A stretch of DNA of 64,000 nucleotides from Amoebophrya sp. A120. Taxonomy: Eukaryota > Protista > Dinoflagellata. The stretch covers positions 238,344-302,343 of the forward strand of contig CAJINV010000013.1 of assembly GCA_905178155.1 (NCBI GenBank). Direction: 5' to 3'. Below the pieces are notes generated by a model. It saw nothing but the letters and a program-made list of their open reading frames with translations. It was not told the DNA's origin and searched no databases. The stretch's first letter is position 1, and every line of letters starts with the position of its first letter. Below, in pieces: positions 1-14,500 of the stretch. The position numbers were made by a program, and so were the translations under genes.

Positions 1-3000
1 ACACTTTCGCTGTGCTTTGCCGTTTTTTGCAAGTGATTTGTGATCTGGTCCTCTGGACAAAAAGCGAATAAGTGAGCGACTTTTATGTGTGCCGAAAAGG
101 TGCAAATTGGAAGAGGTGCTTCTGTGTGATTTATTTGCGCATATCTTTATCTCGTCGCTCTCGCTTCTACATCCCAATAATATTTGCCAACAGGCGTGCC
201 TCCACTACTCTATCTTTGTTCCAAATGTGCTTCATTGCAATGAACGAAATGAAGAAAAGGAGCCTCGACATCAAGAAAAAGGGAATTCGTATGCTTCCGC
301 CAAAAACGAAAAAGAAAACTTGTATTGCAGGAACAAAGAAAGAGTGGCCGAAGATTGTTCTTGCACCAGCACAACAAAAAAAAACACAGATGTCTAGTCA
401 TTTCCTGTACCGATCTGCTCAGTTGGTGCTAGAGTAAAAAGAACGACAGCAATGTCTGCACTAGTGTTACTACATTTTTACGCAAAGTAGTTTAATGCTC
501 CTATCGCATGCACGGCAGGGGCAAAGCTACTAGACTTTGTGCTGGAGATGAGGAAGCAAGGAAACATCGAAACTCTTCAATTCAAAAGTTTCTTTTCCAG
601 CAGCCAGTCCGCAAGGCAACTCAAGAAAAAAATACGGCCCAGTAGTTTGATGATGAGTAACTGACCATGAGGTTTTCACCCAAAGGTCCGTACTCCTTCG
701 CGCCTTCATTTGATCTATGTGCTCTAGCACCTCTCTCCCTCTATCTCTCATCCCAGCAGGCCGCTAAAGCGACGCAGAAAAAGCGTTCGTTCCCATGAAT
801 CCTTGGTCGCAAGTAGTGCAAAAGTTGTCTCTTAGCTTTACTCGATTTAGCCCCTTCCTGGGTAATCTATCTACTTTACCTGGAAGGGACAGGGAGCGAC
901 CGAAAACACTACTCCTAATATTAAGCCCGCGTATGATCAAGGGCTCTTGTTTCGCTGCGTGTGCCATTCTCTATCGAACCACACGGGAAGAAGCCTTTGC
1001 CGTTCACTACACGTCCTCTGGGCGCGACAACGGAATAACTGAAATTGAAAATCTGCGAAGTTGATTTTCGGCGCTGATGTGAAGCGCTCTTTTGGGAAAT
1101 TTCTAGCCTAATCGGATTTCACTAGCCTCATTGTTTGTGCAATGGCAGGCTCACATTGTACAGCTGAGGGTCTGAAGATGACAGAAGGGAGAGATGCCAA
1201 GCTGTTCCTTCATTACTTGAAATTGTCATAATCTTCGATCGGGACGAACAAGGAAGCCAAACCAAAAATGAGCTGGACCTTGTGGATATGGCTTCTCTAC
1301 GTTTTATTCGAGGATAGCTTCGTTTGCCCTTGCGTAAGTAGGAACAAGATGAAAATACTTCTACACTTGTGAAACTAACTCAGTCAATTGCAGCTAGATG
1401 TGGTCTTTACATTGTAAACTGGTTCTGGAGATACATAGGGAAATACTTGAAATAAAGCCAGCTTTCGAGATAGGGAGATAAGTAGGTAGTAAAGTGAAAG
1501 TAGAGACGCACTTCAAACAAAGCCGAAGTCGAGGAGAAAATCGGTTCTGCGTCACGTCGCATGGGTGATCTACGCGGCACTCTTTGAGGCCGAGAGCATC
1601 TCCCTCCGGATCGCGTGTCCCTCCGCCACCAGGCGCGCACAAATACGGGCTTCCTCATTCCGGAGCCGCGCAAAACAGGAGTCCGCTTCAGACCGCAGGG
1701 ATTTCCGTTCTTGCTTCACCTGCTTCTGTGCAGCATAGATTGCCTCGACAACCTGAGTCAATTTATTTGCAATTGTCGTGACTTTTCTGTATGGAATGTA
1801 AAGAAAATGGACTTCATCTCGCACAAGCTGCCTCCACATTTCTCACTTACACACACAAATCCACCACAGAAAAGATCTTCTGTACCTCCTCACCCCGTCT
1901 CAGATGCTCTGTGTAGGTCTTCGCACGATCCTCCATTGCAGCAGTCATTTTTTCCCGCTATTGACAGTCAAAGCGGTTTCCTTGTCCGCTGGAAGACTTA
2001 GTTTTTCCGGGCAAAAAACGTGAGGAGACGACAGTGGCGCAATTACGTAGCCAGCATACGCGGAGCCGCAGCAAAAAATCTGTAATGAAGTGCTCATGAC
2101 ATAAAGCCTCGAAAAAAAAAATCGTCTTGACACCGGAGGCAGAAACCGGTTTGAAAGTGATATAGGCCCCGACTTCTCCATGAGAATGTAGTCGGACTCC
2201 AAATGGATTTCGTATGCCAGCGGTGCGCAACGTCCCCTTGCTATATTGCAATACTCACGACATGGGTAACCACGTTGCTACTTTGTCACTTCTCAGATTC
2301 AAAGCGCACCAGACATCGATCTGCACTGTGTGTGTGTGCGCGCTTTTCAATGACACAGATCTGATCACTCAACGACCATGTTTTCTTGTGCATGACAAAA
2401 GACGTCGCATTCGAGTGCCGACATTGTAAGCAGGCAGCTGCGCTTACTGATCGATAAACTTTCACTCTTCACGAGAACGAAACCCGGCGGCGGTTCGTAG
2501 CTGGAGGAGAATAGGAGTCCCATTCTTTTGATTCCGCAGTATTATCTGTATGCGGAGTTTTCGCAGAAGCTCAATGCGACCACTGTACTTTTCGTAGACT
2601 AGCTTTCCTGTGGCACGAGAACAAAAGAGAAGATATGGCTCCACTAATCGGCTTCCCTAGGTGAAGGTGCCTACTAGTGCATGTGGACAGTTTCTACTCA
2701 GTAGCTGTCACCGTGGTGAAGACTCAACTTAAGGATGAGCTGTATGCGATCTCGTAGTTCAAGACAAGCCGAAATAGACACACCTCCTCGCTTCTCCTTC
2801 CAAGGACGAGCACAAACTTTCATACTTATACAGACCCCCAAGGTGGCAGAGCACCAGCAAAATCATGAATCCGCACGCGATCTCGACTCGCTCTCGGCGT
2901 TGCGTAAAGGCTTCGCGATCACTCACGTCGATCAATTTGATCAAGCTCCTAGACGCTACGTAGTATGAAACTTATCTTTAGTCATGGAACAGAAGCCATC

Positions 3001-4459
3001 ACACATAGGTTGCCGAAAAGCCACCTAACGTCCGCACGCCTTGCAAATAAAATTGCTCGCAGAATAAACTGCATACTCATGACAGAAAAAAGCTCGCTTC
3101 TTTTGCTTCTCAAGGATTTAGAAGAATACTTTGCTGCAAAATTGTACTGCTGCTGAGCTTCAAACTCAGTTGATTTTGGTCAGAGCGCCTGGTAAGTTTT
3201 GTTCGTTAGAAACTTATCTTCCGTTCCTCGTCTGTGGAACTGTAACCAGCTCAATACCAATAGTAAGGACATTGTCCACAAGACGAGACCAAAACTTCAA
3301 ATAACAAAGGTCATCAGAAACGTCGATCAGTGCACTGGCGCAATCAATCTCCGATTGAAATATAGCACTATACGAGGGTAGTTTTAGGCCTTCAGCCTCA
3401 AAATCATTATTTTTATTTCAGCTCGTTGATGCATTACTTCTAGTCCATTGATTGTTTCATTCCTGTGTAGCTAAGAATCAAAAGAGAAAAAAGCTCGGAG
3501 AGTTAAGTTCTGGGGCTGTCATTCTCACTCAATATTGGACAGCCGTAAGCAGGCCACGGACGAGTCCTCGGCTTCCTGCTCAGACAATAACATAAAGGAC
3601 TTGGCTAAAAAATTATGTTCGTAATTCGTTTGACTTTTCCGTATCTCATGAGTAAGCACTTCGATAAAAACCTAGCACAGGAATGTGCTCGGCATCGGCT
3701 CGTCTCTTCTGAGCGTAGAAGAAGAAGGAAACGAAAAAAGAAGGAAACTGAAAAAGTGAGTTCTAGTAACTACTGCAGGGCTGAAGTAGGACGTGCGGGA
3801 CAAAAGAAACGCAAGTTCTACAGGGAGCGTTGCGCCTTCTTCTTGTCGCGCACGTCTTTCAGCCATGCAGCCATCTCCTCAATTTCGTGGCTCGGAGGCT
3901 GGGACTCCGGTCCCCTGGGCGAGGATGCCGCCGTACTGGATGCCGAAGCTCCATTATCCAACGAAAAAAGCGCTGCAGTTGTTACACACGGTGTTGCAAA
4001 ACACGCAACACAGACCACCTCTGACATGCAGGGTGTGCATAGGAGCCTTTTTTCATGCGTGGTTTACAACCTGATGATCTCTTTATTTTTGTAAGTTTTC
4101 TTTCTCATGCAGTGCAGATTTGCGTATGCGTTGCTGAATTGACAACAAAGACAAACAAATGTGCAACTGTAACACATTTTTCGTGGGATATGCATCGGTG
4201 ACGGAAGCATACCCAGATTGCCGGAAACTCACCCTCTGGTCGAATTGTTCTACTGGTGCCGGAGCCAGAGCCTGCAGGTTTAGTGTTTTTCTTTTACTTT
4301 ATGTGCTTGCAATAGACGATACGGCGCTGCATGCTCGCGATCGAGTTTTATCATACTGGGCGGCGCTCTCGTCTACGAAGTACCATGCTCACAGTAAATG
4401 CGGCCAAATATTGCAGTTGCGCAAGCTGTAAGAAGAAGTGACGCATACAAGAAATCCAA

Positions 4460-7400
4460 AGCACACGCTGGGCCGCTTGCTTCTCTCTTGGTTGCGCCAC
4501 AGGGGGCACAGCCAAGAACCCGGGGCGCTTCTGAATTTTTGCAGAGCTTCAACAACTTGCCGGCGCGCCAAGCCATGCCCGCGCGCGAGCATGTTGGCGC
4601 AGGCGCGACTGCCTGCACATCGGACGGGCTGCCCGCGCCCCCTTGCCGCGCTGCGCTAGCGGCGGGCGTGTCTTGGTAGGGCCGCCAAGGGCCCGCCACA
4701 ACCTAGAACACGAGGCGGCTCTGAAATTTTGCAGAGCTTGCTAGCTTGCTTCGGCAACTTGGCGGCGCACCAACGGACGCGCGCGAGCAGGCGAACTCAT
4801 AAACACTCACCGGCCCGCCTGGCGGGGCGGCCGCTTGCTCTTCTCTTGGTTTCGCCACAGGGAGCCACAACCAAGAATCCGAGCCGCTTCTGAATTTTTG
4901 CGGAGCTTCAACAGCTTGCCGGCGCGCCCAAGCGCGCGCGGGAGCATGCTGGCCCAAACAAAGAAGCCCGCCCTCCCACCGGACGGGCTGGCCGCCTCGT
5001 CCCGCTACGCGGCGGGCGTGTTTTGGTGGAGCCGCCAAGGGCCGCAACCAAGAACCCGAGGCGGTTCTAAGATTTTATAGAACCAGCCTCGGCAAATTGG
5101 CGGCGAGCAGGCGAACATCTGAGCACTCGCCCCCCCCGCCTGGCGGGCCGGCCGCCTGCCTCTCTTGTTTGCGCCACAGGGGGCACAACCAAGAACCCGG
5201 GCCGCTTCTGAATTTTTGCAGAGCTTCAACAACTTGCCGGCGCGCCCAGCCACGCCCGCGCGCGGGCATGTTGGCGCGGGCGCGACTGCCTGCCCATCGG
5301 GCGGGCTGTCCGCCTCCCCTTGCCGCGCTGCGCGGCGGGCGTGTCTCGGTAGGGCCGCCAAGGGCCCGCCACAACCATACCAAGAACCCGGGGCGGTTCT
5401 GAAGTTTTGTAGTGCTTGCCAGCTTCCTTCCTTGCTTCGGCAACTTGGCGACGCCCCAAGGGACGCGCGCGAGCAGGCGAACTCATAAACATTCGCGGGC
5501 CCGCCTGGCGGACCGGCCGCTTGCTTTTCTTTTGGTTTCGCAACCAGGGGGCCGCAACCAAGAATCCGAGCCGCTTCTGAATTTTTGCGGAGCTTCAACA
5601 GCTTGCCGGCGCGTCCAAGCGCGCGAGGGAGCAGATTGCTCCAAGCAAAGAAGCCTGCCCACCGGACGGGCTGGCCGCCTCGCCGCGCTACGCGGCGGGC
5701 GTGTTTAGGTGAGGCCGCCAAGGGCCGCAACCAAGGGCCCGAGGCTGTTCTAAAATTTTGTAGCGGGGGCTTCGGCAAATTGGCGGCGCCCCAAAGAACG
5801 CGCGCGAGCAGGCGAACTCCTAAGCAATCGCCCCCCGCCCCGCCTGGCGGGCCGGCCGCTTGCTTCTCTTTTGGTTGCGCCACGGGGGGCGCAACCAAGA
5901 ACCCGAGGCGCTTTTGAATTTTTGCAGAGCTTCAACAACTTGCCGGCGCGCCGCGCAATGCCCGCGCGGGCGCGAACATGTTGGCGCAGGCGCGACTGCC
6001 TGCCCATCGGACGCGCTGTCCGCCTCCCCTTGCCGCGCTGCGCGGCGGGCGTGTCTTGGCTGACAGGGCCGCCAAGGGCCCGCCGCAACCAAGAACCCGA
6101 GGCGGTTGTGAAATTTCGTAGAGCTTGCCAGCTTGCTGCGTCAACAAACTTGGCGGCGCCCCGGCGGACACGCGCGAGCAGGCGAACTCATAAACATTCG
6201 CCGGCCCGCCTGGCGTGCCGGCCGCTTGTTTTTCTCTTGGTTTCGCCACAGGGGGCCACGACCATGAATCCGAGCCACTTCTGAATTTTTGCGGAGCAAG
6301 CTGCAACAACTTGCCGGCGCGCCCAAGCGCGCGACGGAGCAGGTTGGCCCAAGCAAAGAAGCACACCCACCGGACGCACGGGCTGGCCGCCTGGCCGCGC
6401 TACGCGGCGGGCGTGTTTTGGTGGAGGCGCCAAGGGCCCGCCGCAACCAAGACCCCGAGGCGGTTCGGAATTTTGGAGAGCTTCGGCAAATTGGCGGCGC
6501 CCCAGCGAACGCGCGCGAGCAGGCGAACCCCTAAGCATTCGCCCCCCCGCCTCGCGGGCCGGCCGCTTGCTTCTCTCTTGGTTGCGCCGCAGGGGGCACA
6601 ACCAAGGACCCACACGCTTCGGCTTCTGAGTTTTTGCATAGCCTGCCTCAACAACTTGCCGGCGCGCCCAGCCGCGCCCGCGCGCGAGCATCATGTTGGC
6701 GCAGGCGCGACTGCCTGCCCATCGGACGGGCTGCCCGCCTCCCCTTGCCGCGCTGCGCAGCGGGCGTGTCTTGATAGGGCCGCCAAGGGCCCGCCGCAAC
6801 CAAGAACCCGAGGCGGTTCTGAAATTTTGTAGCGCTTGCCAGCATGCTTCGGCAACTTGGCGGCGCCCCAGCCCGCGGGCGCGCGCGAGCAGGCGAGCCC
6901 ATAGACATCCACACACTCGCCGGCCCGCCTGGCGCGCCGGCCGCTTGCTTTTCTCTTGGTTTCGCCACAGGGGGCCACAACCAAGAACCCGAGCCGCTTC
7001 GGAATTTTTGCGGAGCTTCAACAGCTTGCCGGCGCGCCCAAGCGCGCGAGGGAGCAGGTTGGCCCAAGCAAAGAAGCCCGCCCGGCGGGCGGGCTGGCCG
7101 CCGGCCTGGCCGCGCTACGCGGCGGGCGTTTTTTGGTGGAGCCGCCAAGGGCCGCAACCAAGAACCCGAAGCGGCTCCAGAATTTTGCAGAGCTAGCGTC
7201 GGCAAATTGGCGGCGCCCCAGCGAACGCGCGCGAGCAGAAGGGCCCCCAAGCATTCGCCCCCCCGCCTGGCAGGCCGGCCGCTTGCTTGTATCTTGGTTG
7301 CGCCACAGGGGGCACAACCAAGAACCCGAGGCGCTTCTGAATTTTTGCAGGGCTAGCAAGCTTGCTTCAACAACTTGCCGGCGCGCCCAGCCAGGCGCAC

Positions 7401-8300
7401 GCGCGAGCATGTTGGCGCAGGCGCGAACGCCTGCCCATCGGACGGGCTGCCCGCCTCCCCGTGCCGCGCTGCGCAAGCAGCGGGCGTGTCTTGGTAGGGC
7501 CGCCAAGGGCCCGCCACAACCAAGAGCCCGCGGCGGTTCTGAAATTTCGTAAAGCTTGCGAGCTTGCCTCGGCAACTTGGCGGCGCCCCAACGTACGGAC
7601 GCGCGCGAGCAGGCGAATTTCTAAACATTCGCCGGCCCGCCTGGCGGGCCGGCCGCTTTTTTTTCTCTTGGTTCCGCCACAGGGGGCCACAGCCAAGAAT
7701 CCGAGCCGCTTCTGAATTTTTGCGGAGCTTCAACAGCCTGCCGGCGCGCCCAAGCGCGCGAGGGAGCAGGTTGGCCCAAGCAAAGAAACCTGCCAGCCCA
7801 CCGGACGGGCTGGCCGCCTGGCCTGGCCGCGCTACGCGGCGGGCGTGTTTTGGTGGAGCCGCCAAGGGCCGCAACCAAGGACCCGAGGCGGTTCTGCAAT
7901 CTTGTAGGAAGAGCCTCGGCAAATTGGCGGCACCCCGGCGAACGCGCGCGAGCAGGCGAACTCCGAAGCGCTCGCCCCCCGCCCCGCCTGGCGGGCCGGC
8001 CACTTGCTTCCCTCCTGGTTGCGCCACAGGTGGCACAACCAAGAACCTGAGGCGCTTCTGAATTTTGGCGGAGCTTGAACAACTTGCCGGCGCGCCCAGC
8101 CAAGCCTGCGCGCGAGCATGTTGGCGCAGGCGCGACTGCCTGCCCATCGGACGGGCTGTCCGCCTCCCCTTGCCGCGCTGCGCATGCAGCGGGCGTGTCT
8201 TGGTAGGGCCACCAAGGGCCCGCCGCAACCAAGAACCCGAGGCGGTTCTGAAATGTTGTATAGCTTGCGTGCTTGCCTCGGCAACTTGGCGGCCAACTCA
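4460..8300. repeat. GC-rich higher-order tandem satellite (~175-bp monomer, ~350-bp dimer, ~710-bp tetramer; ~5.4 tetramer units)
   Basis: The core CCAAGAAYCCGAG..TTCTGAA..TTTG recurs at ~4512, 4871, 5048, 5190, 5381, 5558, 5731, 5896, 6090 ... 8039, 8229. The variant (CGGC)AACTTGGCGGC recurs every ~700-720 bp (4753, 5438, 6147, 6850, 7570, 8279) and CGGCAAATTGGCGG is offset by ~350 bp (5090, 5773, 6484, 7200, 7917). Confidence 0.95.
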
Positions 8301-11300
8301 TACATCAATAAGCATATTTGTATAGCGAAACATAAATACACGGGTGCCGCTGCAGAAAGTACAAGAGTGTCTATGAGATACCAGGATAGCACGACAAGCT
8401 GGACTCCCCATTATCGAAGTATCAAGTTGCGAATGAAATCCACCAACACTAGCGGGGTATCGTATTAGCTTTAGCTTTGCAAGGACGATGAAATGATATA
8501 ACGATAATAGCGCTAGTTGCATTTCCATCTTCGTACCCGTCCTTTTTCTTCTCGTCAGAAAAACTTTGGTCTAGTTTGTAGACCCTGATGAATTCTAAAG
8601 TAAGTTGCGCTTTTTGCATTTCCATCTCTCTCCGTCGCCGTATCAAAAATTTTAGTCTATCGCTTCCCTTATTTGATCCTATTTGAGTGCAAACGAGTCC
8701 AAGGTCCATCTAAATACCACAATAGCTCGAACTCCGATGGAGTCCGCTTCTACATCCAGTTTTGGTAGCTTGGCATTTCTTTCGCTGCATCTACTAATCT
8801 CATTAGAATCAGAATCAGAAAGTTTGGCTTGGCTTGGCTGCGGGGCGGCGTTCCAGAACTTTAAGAGTGCAGCTGGAGCTATTCATGAGCTATATCTTGA
8901 CCACGCATACTAAGTTTCAAAAAATGCGCGAACCACCTGCGAAGGTATGGCCGCGAAGTCAGCAATGGCAGTGGCGAGATAGCAATGGCAATGGAAAAGA
9001 AGGAAAAAAGCTTAATAAATAGCAACAAAAAACCTACCGGTTAGAACTAAACTGTAGAGCAGGCATAACAATAACTATACGCGCTAAGAACCAAAGTACC
9101 TGTAGTAAACCTAGGAAAAAAGATCTCATGAAGCAACTGTAAACAAAGTAAGTTAAACTTAAAAGCACTTCGACTAGCAAGTAAAATAATTCAAATCAAG
9201 AATCTACGTTTAGGAGGGGACAAGGCGAGCTGTTAAAGTAGCAGAAAAATGGCAGTTCTGAGACAAATTTCATACCCTCTTCAAGTTAAAAAATCCATCA
9301 TAGCATGCGAGCCAGGCGTTACGTACGGTCTAACAAAGATCCAGAAAAATGGAGCAACAGCTCCTGGTAGCCTCCTGGACAAGATAGCCTGAAAGTTGTA
9401 GAGTCAATTTGTTGAATTTTAGATCCTGTTGCGAGAGATGGAGTTAATAGAGAGATCGCGCTATCTAACAATTAATCGATCAGACCGGTGGGAGAGAAAA
9501 AGGAAGGAAAAAAAGGCAAGCAGAAGAAAGCTTGACTTTTAACTGCACTAAACCATAGCTAAGAGAAACTCGGACATTCAAAAAAAAACACCTTACTTCA
9601 CCTACACCTCGCCACAATCATCCTCCGTAGCTCCTAAACCTCCCGCACGTGCAGCACTGCTCACGGGCACCAGCCCCGCAACCACGCCGCAGCTTCCTCC
9701 AGCAAAGGCCAAAAGGACAGGATACCATCCAGCTTTCCCGACCCGAAGTCCATTTTAGAAGGTTTTTTAACGTTTTCGACTCCAGAATCAAGCTGAATAA
9801 CATCCCGTACGCCGGCAATTGTATCGGAGAATATCAGCAGCAGCACATACAGAACGAGGTGCTCGTACCCACCGCAGGAGTCAGAGCACAGCCGACCCAT
9901 GGCCAGAGGGGCAAAAAGACCATTTCCGCGAATGCTCCCAATGCGAATCAGGTTGACAAGGACGAGCTAGAAGATACACAGCAGGACAAAAGGCGAGACT
10001 CAAAATGCATCATAGCCGCAGGAGCATTCGCACATTGGTGGAGGAGAAAAGTATCTACATCCACAGAACTCCATTTTTTTTGTCCCGCCCCACGTGGTCG
10101 ATGCTCAGACCCCTGTATCCCAATAACCGCCGGCTCTGACAACCGTGTCCGCGCAGAGAACATTAAGCCCCGTGCTCCAATCGGAATCTGTTGACTCAGA
10201 CCCTGATCCGCCACGGTGATATCCACCTTTCTTGTTCCTCACCGATCACTATTTCGCTCCGGATCATGACATCTTGTGGCAGTAGCACAGTGCTTTTGGA
10301 CGACAACGAGAACGAAAGAAGCTTCCATGACGGATTCACCTAGTTGAGCTTCTACTTTTACTTTACGACAAAGGCACGGATGCCGCTGCAGGGCTGAACA
10401 CACAAACGAAACATTTCTCGCGTTTCCGATCGAAGCTAGACCAGCGTACGTGGTCAGCCAGCGATTTGTCTTTTGTTAGATGTGAGTACTTTGATTTTTT
10501 TTCCGCCATGGCGGCCCGTGCTATTGTATGTTCGTTTTCCTTCAAAATCATACAAACCTTTGAACTTGTGGCCTACGTTGACACTTCAAAGAGGCAAATG
10601 CTATTTGGTGTCCCAAACTGAAACTGGTGAATGTTACTGGTGTCCTTGACGTTCATGTTACTTTACTCGACGTGCTGTAACTAATAGTCATCCTGGTTGT
10701 ACTTCTACCCAACACATACTCTTCCCTGCATCCTACTCAGCTTTTACTTTTCCAAAAAGAAACTCTTTATGACTTCACCACCAGGTTGCTCAAACCGTAC
10801 TCTTATGGTAACGCAATTATCTTACAAAACATCTAGTGTGGATTTGTTGATCTTAACACAGGCCTCGAAATAAACTGCTAAAACTCGATATGCGCAAATT
10901 CGTCTTTGATGCGGTTGTGAGTGGGTGTCTAAAAGTTGTTGCGCCGCAATCCAATACTATTACTTTTACTAGCGCTACACTACAAAGATATAAGGTCACT
11001 GCAGCCTGTAAAAGAAAAAACTTCCGGTCTCAGGTCTTTCTGCTCAGCCTCACAAAAGCTGACACAGGACTGGTTCCGGTCTTATATTTTCGTGCTTCGT
11101 AAAGTTCAATGTAGCATACTCGCTCCTTGGAAATTTCAATAAACAATCATGAATCACTTGCAAGAAATCAATGCAATCGTGACAAATCTTCCAAGTTGCA
11201 GATGCCCCTCTCGTCTTCTTCTTGGTCTTCCATGGAGAAAGTATAAAAAATTCGACATTATGTGATCTAGGTTATGAAGGATAATGATAATGAAGGCGGT

Positions 11301-11574
11301 ACTCTACTAACTTGTCCAAACCACTCCAAACAACTCAAGCCGAATGTCCCAATCTAAGGACGAGACCTCTGAGTACTGTCTAAATTGGTTCAGCACGGCG
11401 CTAGGGGCGAGTAAGGAATTACTCAATTGTCTTCTCAAAAGCGAGGCTCGCCTTCATTTTCATCTCGCACTTCAAAGCCTGATTATCTTTTACAAACAAT
11501 CCTTTTCCCAGCCAGTCTTGTGAATTTCCTTCCGGACCTGCTTCAGCCCTTCAGTGATAGGCGGTTTTATTTAC

Positions 11575-14500
11575 TTACTTCCGAAATTTGTGTTCTTGAT
11601 GTGGCTTCTGAACTGGTGCTGAGGCAGGTTTACTACTTTTCGCGTTCGTCCGTCTTGCCGGTTTCGACGCTGCTGGTGCTTCTTCACCTGCTTTATTCTC
11701 AAGTGGTGCAGCTCCTTGCTGCTGGAACTTCTTATCCTGTTTCGGCTTCTTCTGTTTTTTGCTCTTACTTTTCCCATGATGCTTCTTTACCTTGCGGGTT
11801 CTCCTGCCGCTGGCCTTCTTCCCGGTGCGTGAGTGCAACTTGAAGTACGGTTTTCCGCGATCGGAGGCTGCCGCTGTGTCTTCAGCGGAAACCACGACCT
11901 CCTCGCAAACAGCCGCGTCGCCTTCCTCGTCCCCAAGATGACCCTCGCTTTCCGACTGGTGCAGCTCCACCCCTGCGAACTGTGCCTTCAGGGTCTTCAT
12001 CCGGGGCGAGACCCAGTCCCACACGTCGGAAACCACCGTATGGAACCTCCGGGTCAAGTCGCGGCGTAACCTCTCCTCGGGTTCAAAGAACTTGAGGAAA
12101 CCGACACTATTCGCGATCGGCTTGCTGTTTCTGTCGAGCTGCCGCGCGGGCCCGAGCCCCCTCGAACACGCCGTGGGCGTATTGCCCTCGTTCGCGTGGA
12201 AGTCAGCAAACATCTGTCCCCGCGTGTGAAAGTGAAACCGACCCCCCTCTCAAAAATCCGCAGAAAGAATTAACACTAGCATCATCATCATCTGTACGAT
12301 GCGGAAAAAACTTACAATATTCTGTCTCGCGAGTTAGAAACTACGATCATGCGGGGCCTGATCGACGCACCTCCACTGCCCCGTTCGAACTCAGCGAAAA
12401 GCCCAAGCATGACAAAGTCAAAGAGAAAATGAATGACGCGCGCGCTTCTCAAGGTGAGTGGAAAGCCTCAAAGAGAAATATGAAAAACAACAGTCTGCGT
12501 GCTCAGAAAATAACTTAGGCTCGGATCTCTTGCGGTTGAGTAAGGGGGGTCGTGGGATTTCATTTTGATACAGTGCCTGGTCATACATCTCCGTGCAGCC
12601 GTTTGACAAGCGCGTATCCATTTTCCAAATTCCGTCCCAACACACGCCTTGGTCGTTCCCGTCGTCGGTGCACTCCAGTTGCAAGACGCAGGCGAGACCC
12701 TCGTCTCCGGGCTTGGGGCACAGGGCCAGGCGGCGTCCATTGGCGCCGGACCCGACGCAGAACTCCCCCGCTCGGTAAACGTACTTTTCCCCGGGTCCAT
12801 TCTGCACTGCTGCGCAGGGCGCAGCGGGGTTCATCAGTGGCGCGACGCCGTCGTACGTGCCTTCCGCACCGAGGAGCTGTTTCTTTTCTTCGTGCAAAGC
12901 TTCGAGCCCCGTGACTTTTTCTTGGAGGTCCGTCGCGTGTGCTGTCAACGACCTCAGCTTCCCGTCCCGCTCTGCTACTTCCCTTGTCCACTCGCGCTCT
13001 TTCTGCTGGTGTTGCGTCTCTCTCTTCTGCAGCTGCGTCTGTTCCCGCTGCAGCTGCGTCTGTTCCCGCTGCAGCTGCGTCTCTTTCTGTCGGAGCACGC
13101 CCGCTTTCTGCTGAAGCTCGCTCGCTTTCTGCTGAAGCTCGCCCGTTTTCTGTCGGAGCTCGCTCGTTTTCTGCTGGAGCTCGCCCTCTTTCTGTCGGAG
13201 AACATCCCTCTGAGCGGCCACCTCGCGTGTTTGGTTGTCCAAGCTTTCGGCCTCCAACGACATGTTTTTTTTGAGTTCGTTGGTCAAGCGGTCAACCACT
13301 AACTCGGCCTCCAACGATGCGTTTTTCTTGAGTTCGTTGTTCAAGCGGTCAGCCTCTAGTTGTAGGTCTCTCATAGCTTCGGCGGCAAGGACATGCTCGA
13401 TGCCCTTATCTCTGGCGAGATAGATTCTGTTCCGCGTTTTTTTTTCGTGCGCCTGAAATCCGGTGCGCAATTGCTCCAAGCTGTCAAACATTTTGGCTCT
13501 TCGCACCCCATCGCACGGGGGCGCCTCACCATCCTCAATCGCTTCCAACTCCCGGTTTTCCCAGGGCCGAGTCTCCATGTTGGGGTACAAAGTGAATGGG
13601 CCTCCTTTCACGGCCAAAGTTTTCATCTCCCGAGCGGAAAGCGTGCAGCAGGTGTTCGCCCACGAATGGACTTCCCTCTCTACAGCAGTGTCACTCCTCA
13701 GCCCCGAAATTCCTTTAAAACAGATCGCCACCATGGGCTGGTCCAGCAGTCCCGGGGTGGAGAAACCGTTCTGGTCCGGAGAAACGAAGACCACCCATAC
13801 CCCGAAGAGCACAAAGGCAACCCTGGAGAGGATCATTGCGTACGCCCGGAGCGCGATGCCAAGTCGTTGCGCTCGATCCTGCACTTCCGGAAAGTGTTCG
13901 TCGGTTCTGTCCCGAGTGTTCTGCCACCAGCGTCGCGACTCCTCGCTTTGCCATAGTCTGCGGAGGGCCGCGGGCAAAGGCGGTGCGAGAGCGCCGACAG
14001 CCCGCCGCGCCCTGTCGCCAATTGCAAGTACCGGCGGAGAGTCTTCTTCTTGTGCAAGGCTGAGCTCCAAGTGAAGGTGGCATCCTTGCCGCGGTACTGC
14101 GGGACTTGTGGGAGTGGGGGCAACGGGACTGTCGGTCCATATCTCCAAATCCTTACTTCGATACCGCTCTGAGCCGCGCTGGGAGCGAACTTGGGAACCT
14201 CGGCTTCCGCTTCGACCTGAAACTGCCGCACGACGTGCTCGCGCACTCGAGGGGCGAACATTCGCACTGCCTCCAGCCCGGATCAAGTTTGCACCGGTTG
14301 CCGCGTTCTCGTCGTTCGCGACGGCAGCCGTCGGTTTCACAAAATCCTTGAGGCCGAAGACTGAACGGAACTCCGCATCCGCACGGGACAGTGCCAATTC
14401 AGACCGAAGACCGAAGAGCTTTTGTTTCGATGCAGGTGCATCCAGCAACGGCCTCGTTGGCTCCGGAGCGTCGGAACCAGGCTGGGTTCTAAGCGCACTA

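Noticed and set aside
1-4400. Short protein-like minus-strand ORFs (e.g. 1570-1839, 2759-2944, 3818-4027)
   Set aside because: No motifs and no consistent exon chain could be built; may be decayed or highly fragmented genes.
4460-8300. CRISPR-like array (regularly spaced palindromic ~32-nt repeat)
   Set aside because: The intervening sequences are ~140 nt and themselves repeated rather than unique spacers; no cas genes; eukaryotic context.
4373-8468. Dozens of overlapping 100-300 aa ORFs
   Set aside because: A by-product of the stop-poor GC-rich satellite; open in many frames, with indels between units that do not preserve frame.
9618-10226. ORFs on both strands near 9.6-10.2 kb
   Set aside because: No domain signature or splice support; left uncalled.
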